NCBI GenBank assembly: GCA_036676985.1
Contig: JAKFBU010000041.1
Span: 64,001-128,000 of the forward strand
Direction of reading: 5' to 3'
DNA: 64,000 bases
Source of the DNA: Candidatus Sericytochromatia bacterium
Lineage (GTDB): Bacteria; Cyanobacteriota; Sericytochromatia; S15B-MN24; UBA4093
Every line of letters starts with the position of its first letter. Within the stretch, counting starts at the first letter, position 1. The notes under the pieces are model-generated. The model made no database searches, was not told the DNA's origin, and was given only the letters and a program-made list of their open reading frames with translations. The position numbers and the translations under genes are program-made. Positions 57,679 to 64,000 of this stretch are shown here, piece by piece.

Positions 57679-57828
57679 ACCCCCCCTTCCCCCCCTGCCT
57701 TCGGCAAGGGGGGCACAGGGACTGGACCCGGCGGAGCCGGGCCTGATTGGTTGTGGCTCACTCACGTTCAAACCTGCGCAGCAGGACTCCCTATGCCCCC
57801 CTTGCGAAGCAGGGGGGGAAGGGGGGGT
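57679..57828. repeat. Element family 1, copy D
   Basis: Same inverted arms; internal AAACCTGCGCAGCAGGACTCCC shared with A. Confidence 0.9.
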
Positions 57829-57850
57829 CATATGGCTATGAATACGAGAG

Positions 57851-58999
57851 CTAGGACTTGACCGCCTGCTTACCCGGCGAGAACTCGTCCGTGGGCCGAT
57901 CGCCCCGGATCCCGAAGAAGTACCGGATCGCCTCCACGGTCCGCCGCGCGGCATGGCCGTCCCCGTAGGGGTTCACGGCGTTCGCCATCCGCTCGTAGGC
58001 CGCCTGGTCGTCCAGCAGCTCCTGCGCGTTGCGGAAGATGTCCTCCCGCTTAACGCCCACCAGGCGCACCGTGCCTGCGTCGACCGCCTCCGGGCGCTCG
58101 GTGGTCGTGCGCATGACGAGCACCGGCTTGCCGAGGCTCGGTCCCTCTTCCTGCACGCCGCCCGAATCCGTCAGGATGAGCGTCGCCTCCTTCATCGCCT
58201 TGACGAAGGGTGCGTAGTCGAGCGGATCGATGATCCGCACCCGGTCCAGCCCGCCCAGGATCTCGCGGGCCGTGTTCTGCACGATCGGGTTGAGGTGCGC
58301 CGGGAAGACCACCCGCACGTCCGGGTTCTTCTCGACCAGGTCCCGCACCGCCCAGCAGATGTCTCGCAGCGGCTCACCCCAGTTCTCCCGGCGATGGGCC
58401 GTCACGAGGATCGTCCGACCAGGGGCGGGCTCGGCCTCGATCTTGCCGGCCGTCTCGAGCAGGGCGTCGATGACGGTGTTGCCCGTCAGGAAGATGCCCG
58501 CAGGGTCGATGCCGTCCTTCCGAAGATTATTCACGGCCGTCTCGGTGGGCGCGAAGTGCAGCCGCGTGAGTTGGCTCGTCAGGCGGCGGTTCATCTCCTC
58601 GGGGAAGGGATTGTAGAGGTCATCCGTGCGCAGGCCCGCCTCCACGTGACCGACCGGGATCTGCTCGTAGAAGGAGGCCAGGCTCGCGGCCATGGTCGTG
58701 GACGTGTCCCCGTGCACCAGGACCAGCTGCGGCTTGCGCGCCTTGAGGACCGGCGTGAGCTGGGTCAGCACGCGCGACGTCAAATCCGGCAGCGTCTGGC
58801 CGGGCTGCATCAGGTCCAGGTCGTCGTCCGGCACGATGCCGAAGAGCTCCAGGACCTGGTCCAGCATCTGGCGGTGCTGGGCCGTCACGCAGACCTTGAG
58901 ATCGAGATCCGGGCACGTGGCGATCGCGAGCACGACCGGAGCCATCTTGATGGCCTCCGGACGGGTGCCGAACACGCACATCACGGTGGGCTTGGACAC
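57851..58999 (-). CDS. wecB: UDP-N-acetylglucosamine 2-epimerase
   Basis: FGTRPEAIKMAP, HVEAGLR, PFPEEMNR, TDSGGVQEE. Confidence 0.96.
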   Translation of the reverse strand: MSKPTVMCVFGTRPEAIKMAPVVLAIATCPDLDLKVCVTAQHRQMLDQVLELFGIVPDDDLDLMQPGQTLPDLTSRVLTQLTPVLKARKPQLVLVHGDTSTTMAASLASFYEQIPVGHVEAGLRTDDLYNPFPEEMNRRLTSQLTRLHFAPTETAVNNLRKDGIDPAGIFLTGNTVIDALLETAGKIEAEPAPGRTILVTAHRRENWGEPLRDICWAVRDLVEKNPDVRVVFPAHLNPIVQNTAREILGGLDRVRIIDPLDYAPFVKAMKEATLILTDSGGVQEEGPSLGKPVLVMRTTTERPEAVDAGTVRLVGVKREDIFRNAQELLDDQAAYERMANAVNPYGDGHAARRTVEAIRYFFGIRGDRPTDEFSPGKQAVKS

Positions 59000-59003
59000 G
59001 GAG

Positions 59004-60080
59004 TTAGTCCCCTTTCGGAGGTTGCTTCGGAGCGAGCCTGGAGGCCTGCACCAGGCGGATGACGCCGTAAACGAGGAAGGCCACGCCGCCCAGGAGGACC
59101 GTGTAGCCGCCCTCGATCTTGGCTAGCGCCAGGCTCGTACCGCCGAGCACCAGGCAGATGCCGTAGATGACGAGCACCGCGCGGCGCTGAGTCAGGCCCG
59201 CGTCCAAGAGGCGGTGGTGCAGGTGGCCGCGATCCGGGCTGAAGATGGGCTTGCGGTTCCACGCCCGGCGCAGGATGGCAAAGGAGGTGTCCAGGATGGG
59301 CACCCCCAGGATTAGGAGCGGCAGCACGAAGGCCACCGCCGCGATGAGCTTGAGGACGCCCATGATGGCGATCGCCGCCAACGTGAAGCCCAGGAACAGC
59401 GCCCCGCCGTCGCCCATGAAGATCTTGGCCGGGTTGAAGTTGTAGCGCAAGAAGCCGATGGTGCTGCCTGCGAGCGCCAGCGCCAACAGGCCCACGATGG
59501 GCTGGTTGGTCTGCAACGCGATGACGCCGATGGTGCCCGCGGCGATGAGGCTCACGCCGCCCGCGAGTCCGTCCAGGCCGTCGATCAGGTTGATGGTGTT
59601 GGTGATGCCCACCAGCCAGAAGACCGTGATGGCCATGGGCACGATGCCCGGCAAGAAGGTGAGCCCGCCCGTCCAGGGGTTGGACACGAAGTCGATGCGC
59701 ACCCCGTAGTAGTAGGCGGCGAGCGCGGCGAGGATCTGCAGGCCGAACTTGAGCTTGGCGGGCAGGGGCTTGAGGTCGTCGACGATGCCCACGAGGAACA
59801 TCAGAGCGCCGCCGATGAGCACGCCCTTGAGCGGTCCCTCGAGGGCGAAGAGCTCGCCCGGCACCAGGAGCTCCAGCACCGTGAGCCCCACCAGGAAGCC
59901 CAGGAAGATGGCCACGCCGCCCAGACGCGGGATGGGGACGGTGTGGACCTTGCGCGCGTCCGGGGTGTCCACCTTGCCGATCTTGTAGGCCAGGCGCACG
60001 ACCCACGGGATGAGGATGTCCGTGGCGAGCCACGACCCCATCAGGGAGACGGCGACGATGAGGAACCAGTAGTCCGTCAC
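59004..60080 (-). CDS. wecA: Undecaprenyl-phosphate GlcNAc-1-P transferase (WecA/TagO)
   Basis: PRLGG, NLIDGLDGLA, FMGDGG, PDRGHLHH. Confidence 0.92.
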   Translation of the reverse strand: MTDYWFLIVAVSLMGSWLATDILIPWVVRLAYKIGKVDTPDARKVHTVPIPRLGGVAIFLGFLVGLTVLELLVPGELFALEGPLKGVLIGGALMFLVGIVDDLKPLPAKLKFGLQILAALAAYYYGVRIDFVSNPWTGGLTFLPGIVPMAITVFWLVGITNTINLIDGLDGLAGGVSLIAAGTIGVIALQTNQPIVGLLALALAGSTIGFLRYNFNPAKIFMGDGGALFLGFTLAAIAIMGVLKLIAAVAFVLPLLILGVPILDTSFAILRRAWNRKPIFSPDRGHLHHRLLDAGLTQRRAVLVIYGICLVLGGTSLALAKIEGGYTVLLGGVAFLVYGVIRLVQASRLAPKQPPKGD

Positions 60081-60083
60081 GGC

Positions 60084-61352
60084 TTAGTGCGCGCTACCGA
60101 CGGGCGCTTCGGCGTAGAGCGGGAACTCGCGGCACAGGGTGGCCACCGTCCGCTCGACCTGGGTGCGCACCACCGGCGACTCGGGGGCCCGGAGGATGCT
60201 CGCGATCGCCTCGGCGATCTGGTCCATCTGGGCCTCCTGCATGCCGCGCGTGGTGACCGCCGGCGTGCCGATCCGAACGCCCGAGGTGACAAAGGGGCTC
60301 TCGGGGTCGAAGGGGATGGTGTTCTTGTTGACGGTGATGCCCACCTCGTCCAGGGTAGCGCTCGCCACCTTGCCCGTGAGGCCGACGCTGCGGACGTCGA
60401 GGCTGAAGAGGTGGTTGTCCGTGCCGCCCGAGACGATCCGCAGGCCTTCCTTGGCGAGCTGCGAGCTCAGGCGCTTGGCATTGGCCACCACCTGCGTCTG
60501 GTAGGTCGTGAAGCTCGGGTCCAGGGCCTCCTTGAAGGAGACGGCCTTGGCCGCGATGACGTGCATGAGGGGGCCGCCCTGGATGCCGGGGAACACGGCC
60601 TTGTCCACCTGCTTGGCCCACTCCTCGGTCGTGAGGATCATGCCGCCGCGCGGGCCGCGCAGGGTCTTGTGGGTGGTGGTGGTGACGAAGTGCGCGTGCG
60701 GCACCGGGTTGGGGTGCAGGCCGGCGGCGACCAGGCCCGCGATGTGGGCCATGTCGACCATCAGGAGGGCGCCGACGGAGTCGGCGATCGCCCGGAAGCG
60801 CTCGAAGTCGAGGATCCGCGAGTAGGCGGACGCCCCGGCGATGATCAGCTTGGGCTTGTGCTCCTTGGCGAGGCGCTCGACCTCGTCGTAGTCGAGACGC
60901 TCGGTCTCCTTGTCCACGCCGTAGGGCACGATGTTGTAGTAGAGGCCCGAGAAGTTGACGGGGCTGCCGTGCGTGAGGTGGCCGCCGTGCGAGAGGTTCA
61001 TGCCGAGCACGGTGTCGCCGGGCTTGAGGGCGGCGACGAAGACGGCCATGTTGGCGTTGGCGCCCGAGTGCGGCTGCACGTTGGCGTGCTGGGCCCCGAA
61101 GAGCCGCTTGGCGCGCTCGATGGCGAGGTTCTCCATGCCGTCGACGTACTCGCAGCCACCGTAATAGCGCTTGCCGGGATAGCCCTCGGCGTACTTGTTG
61201 GTGGGCACCGAGCCCATGGCCTCCATCACGGCCTCGGACGTGAAGTTCTCGGAGGCGATGAGCTCCAGGTGGTCGCGCTCGCGGCCGAGCTCCTGATCCA
61301 GGAGACCGGCGATCTCGGGGTCGATGCGGCGCAGGTGCGGGAACTCGTTCAA
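60084..61352 (-). CDS. glyA: Serine hydroxymethyltransferase
   Basis: [30 protein letters not shown]. Confidence 0.97.
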   Translation of the reverse strand: MNEFPHLRRIDPEIAGLLDQELGRERDHLELIASENFTSEAVMEAMGSVPTNKYAEGYPGKRYYGGCEYVDGMENLAIERAKRLFGAQHANVQPHSGANANMAVFVAALKPGDTVLGMNLSHGGHLTHGSPVNFSGLYYNIVPYGVDKETERLDYDEVERLAKEHKPKLIIAGASAYSRILDFERFRAIADSVGALLMVDMAHIAGLVAAGLHPNPVPHAHFVTTTTHKTLRGPRGGMILTTEEWAKQVDKAVFPGIQGGPLMHVIAAKAVSFKEALDPSFTTYQTQVVANAKRLSSQLAKEGLRIVSGGTDNHLFSLDVRSVGLTGKVASATLDEVGITVNKNTIPFDPESPFVTSGVRIGTPAVTTRGMQEAQMDQIAEAIASILRAPESPVVRTQVERTVATLCREFPLYAEAPVGSAH

Positions 61353-61367
61353 GGCTCTCTCCTCAGG

Positions 61368-61808
61368 CTAGCGGGTAGGGACGGACTCGATCTGCTCGAC
61401 GCGGGCCTGGTGGCGACCGCCGGCGAACGGGGTGTCGAGGAAGACGTTCAGGATCTCGCGGGCCATGTCCGGCCCGACCAGGCGGGCGCCCATGCACAGC
61501 ACGTTGGCGTCGTTGTGCTCGCGCGAGAGGCGCGCCGAGACGGGCTCGTTGACGAGTGCTGCGCGCGCTCCGGGGACGCGGTTGGCGGCGATGGAGACGC
61601 CGATGCCGGAGCCGCACACCAGCACGCCGCGCTCGGCCTGGCCGCCCGCGACGGCCTGGGCCACCTGGTGGGCGTAGGTCGGGTAGTCGACCCGCTCGGG
61701 CGAGTGACAGCCCAGGTCCTCGACCTGGTGGCCCGCTTCCTGGAGCCATGTCTTCACGGCTTCCTTGAGGTCGTATCCGGCGTGATCGCTACCGATGGCG
61801 AGGCGCAT
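61368..61808 (-). CDS. rpiB: Ribose 5-phosphate isomerase B
   Basis: GSDHAG, VDYP, CGSGIG, HNDANVL, GGRH. Confidence 0.96.
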   Translation of the reverse strand: MRLAIGSDHAGYDLKEAVKTWLQEAGHQVEDLGCHSPERVDYPTYAHQVAQAVAGGQAERGVLVCGSGIGVSIAANRVPGARAALVNEPVSARLSREHNDANVLCMGARLVGPDMAREILNVFLDTPFAGGRHQARVEQIESVPTR

Positions 61809-62003
61809 GGCTCCCCCTGTGGACGTTCGTTTGCTGAACCACGCCAGTATAACGCGTTTCCCCTCTGGCCGGAAGCCTCGGGACGGCGCGCTCCGGCGCG
61901 CATGGGGACATCGCCCGGCTGCCGAACATTAGAGTCGGCTAGGAATCAGCATACCGGAACCCACCCGGGTATAAGGGACGCACGCCACCTACCAGGAGAC
62001 CCC

Positions 62004-62591
62004 ATGCGACGGCTCGTCCCCGCGACCCTGCTTACGCTTTCGCTGAGCGTACCGGCCTTCGCCGGTCCGGAGCGGACCTACGAGCTGCCCACCGGAACCA
62101 CCCTCGATCGGATTCAGTCGCCCCAGACCCCGCCGCAGGCTCCCGCGAAGGCCCCGGAGCTCCGGAATCCATGGCTGGCCGCGGGCCTGACGCTGGGTGC
62201 TCCGCTGTTGGTCTCCGGGCTGTCGTACTACGGGTCCGCAGCCTCCGGCCAGGGCGACCTCTACTCGGTGACACCCGCCATCGCGGTCGCGGGCCCCCTC
62301 TCGCTCATGGCGGGGCACCTCTACACCGGTGCGCTCGCGCGCGGCGGCGCGGTGATGCTCGGAGGCTACGTGGCCGAGGCCCTCGGGGCCGTGATCGCGG
62401 CCCCCGCCATCGCCCTCGCGTCCGGAAAGGAGGGCGAAGGAGCGGGCTTCGCCTTCCTGAGCGGACTCTTCATCGGCCCCTTGATTGCCCTCGGGGTCTA
62501 CGGCGCCGGAGCCGCTCTGGACGCCTACATGACGACCCTAGGACACAACGAGCGCGCGCTGAAGGAAGCCGAGCCGGCGGCTACTCCGTAG
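62004..62591 (+). CDS. Exported/membrane hypothetical protein
   Basis: RBS AGGAG; signal peptide AFA; Gly/Ala-rich hydrophobic helices. Confidence 0.65.
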   Translation: MRRLVPATLLTLSLSVPAFAGPERTYELPTGTTLDRIQSPQTPPQAPAKAPELRNPWLAAGLTLGAPLLVSGLSYYGSAASGQGDLYSVTPAIAVAGPLSLMAGHLYTGALARGGAVMLGGYVAEALGAVIAAPAIALASGKEGEGAGFAFLSGLFIGPLIALGVYGAGAALDAYMTTLGHNERALKEAEPAATP

Positions 62592-63456
62592 CCGGAGGGG
62601 CGTCCAGGGTCATGGGGCCGAGCGCCCCGGTGCGCAGGTCCGCCAGGAAGTTGCGGGCGACCCGCTCCGGGTCGATCACGCCGCCCGGCTTGAGGATGCC
62701 GCGCTTCTTGCCGATGACCTCCAGGTCGACCTCGGGGCCGAAGCCCGCAAGCGTCCCCGGTGCTTCCTGCTGGAGCATGCCGAGGGCGAAGCGCGCCACT
62801 TCGGCCGGGTCGTAGGCCTCGGTGCTCACGGCCCCGGTCATGGCGAGCTTGATGGCCACGATGGGGTCCTCGAGCTTGGGCGGGATGATGCCCGGGGTGT
62901 CCATCAACTCCAGGTCCTTGCCGATGCGGATCCAGGACGGAGCCCGGGTCACGCCGGGCTTGTCGCCGGTCTTGGCCTTGCCCGAGCGGGTCAGGCGGTT
63001 GATGAGGGAGCTCTTGCCGACGTTGGGCAGGCCCACGACCATGACGCGCGCCGGGCGGGGCAGGCGGCCACGGGCCTTCATCTTGGCCTGCACGTCCGCG
63101 TTGAGGCGCGCGATCTCCTGCTTGAGGCCCGAGATGCCCTCGCCCGAGTGGGCGTTGAGGGAGACGACGCGCAGGCCCTGGGAGCGCCAGCGCTGGACCC
63201 AGTAACGGGTACGCTCCGGGTCCGCGAGGTCCGACTTGGTCAGGACGACGATGACGGGCTTGTGCTGGAAGAGCTCCGAGGTCTGGCCGAAGCGGCTGCT
63301 CTCGGGGATGCGCGCATCCACGAGCTCGAGCACGAAGTCGATGATCTTCAGGCGCTCCTTGAGCTCGCGCAGGGCCTTGCCGATGTGCCCGGGGAACCAC
63401 TGGATGACGGGATAGGGGGATGAGGGCTTCTCTTCGGCCTCGTCGTGCTGGGACAT
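62581..63456 (-). CDS. rbgA: Ribosome biogenesis GTPase RbgA/YlqF
   Basis: IQWFPGH, DARIP, GLPNVGKSSLIN, DTPGI. Confidence 0.95.
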   Translation of the reverse strand: MSQHDEAEEKPSSPYPVIQWFPGHIGKALRELKERLKIIDFVLELVDARIPESSRFGQTSELFQHKPVIVVLTKSDLADPERTRYWVQRWRSQGLRVVSLNAHSGEGISGLKQEIARLNADVQAKMKARGRLPRPARVMVVGLPNVGKSSLINRLTRSGKAKTGDKPGVTRAPSWIRIGKDLELMDTPGIIPPKLEDPIVAIKLAMTGAVSTEAYDPAEVARFALGMLQQEAPGTLAGFGPEVDLEVIGKKRGILKPGGVIDPERVARNFLADLRTGALGPMTLDAPPATE

Positions 63457-63527
63457 GGGGGTCCTTCTTGGCGGTTTATAAGCTTGCGATTGTGGGCTTG
63501 GCGTGTTCGAAGACAGTCTAAAGCAAA

Positions 63528-63553
63528 CGAGCCCCGGATAGCTCCGGGGCTCG
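63528..63553 (-). terminator. Terminator after rplS
   Basis: CGAGCCCCGGA stem followed by TTTGCTTT on the minus strand. Confidence 0.7.
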
Positions 63554-63567
63554 AAAGCAGTAGCAGC

Positions 63568-63942
63568 CTACTTGGCGTTGCGGGCCTTCTCCTTGATGCG
63601 AGCCGCCTTGCCCTGCAGACCACGGAGGTAGTACAGCTTGGCGCGACGGACGTCACCGCGGCGCAGGACCTCGAAGCGGTCCACGCGGGGCGAGTGGAGG
63701 AGGAAGGTGCGCTCGACGCCGACGCCCTGGAAGATACGGCGGACCGAGATGGTCTCGTTGATGCCGGACCCACGGCGCTTGATCACGACGCCTTCGTAGG
63801 CCTGGATGCGCTCTTTGCCGCCCTCAACGATCTTGGCATAAACCTTGACGGTGTCGCCAGGGTTGATAGGCGGCAACGACTCCTTGAGCTGGGCTTTCTC
63901 GATCTGGTTGATGACGTCGCGCGCAATCAGGCGGGTGCTCAT
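63568..63942 (-). CDS. rplS: 50S ribosomal protein L19
   Basis: [35 protein letters not shown]. Confidence 0.98.
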   Translation of the reverse strand: MSTRLIARDVINQIEKAQLKESLPPINPGDTVKVYAKIVEGGKERIQAYEGVVIKRRGSGINETISVRRIFQGVGVERTFLLHSPRVDRFEVLRRGDVRRAKLYYLRGLQGKAARIKEKARNAK

Positions 63943-64000
63943 TGAAAACTCCTATTAGACGGCTTCCGTTTGTATGGAAAGCGAAGCCGGCTCACAGCCA

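Noticed and set aside
31427-57828. Repeats as a CRISPR array or autonomous IS
   Set aside because: Dispersed inverted pairs, no regular spacers, no cas or transposase gene
167-63945. Many long antisense or alternate-frame ORFs (e.g. 6186-8984 +, 6514-9501 -, 35369-38599 +, most of 59943-62591 +)
   Set aside because: Shadows of real genes caused by high GC3; Arg/Gly/Pro-rich with no motifs or RBS

Overview
High-GC bacterial chromosomal window with no rRNA, tRNA, CRISPR array or transposase visible. The gene set suggests a diderm Terrabacteria lineage, possibly Ca. Sericytochromatia (inference). The basis is an SLH-anchored outer-membrane protein, a secretin and TolC alongside Firmicutes-like rplS-rbgA and rpiB-glyA-wecA-wecB gene order. 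Contents in order: a FadJ-like beta-oxidation gene; an operon of large IPT/beta-repeat lipoproteins; an AhpD-like gene split by an in-frame UGA in a CxxU motif with a SECIS-like hairpin (likely selenoprotein); a doubled PAP2/vanadium-haloperoxidase-type lipoprotein; fdhD-ydeP; tandem TetRs; further lipoproteins; a ZIP transporter; a cusCBA-like efflux operon with a CueR-type promoter; a complete Tad/Flp pilus locus; serS, doxX and sodC; a RAPP-motif leader ORF upstream of an SLH beta-barrel protein; nhaD, a histidine kinase, a Crp/Fnr regulator and housekeeping genes. Most notable: (1) two unrelated palindromic repeats inserted in frame into the cleavable leaders of two prepilins; (2) a Tad locus with a CpaE-CpaF fusion, an SLH protein and a linked PilT/PilU-type ATPase; (3) a candidate RAPP arrest peptide ahead of an SLH porin-like gene; (4) the selenoprotein; (5) a shared [YR]-x-[TIVA]-Q motif across unrelated lipoproteins. 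All calls come from reading the sequence; no database searches were run.
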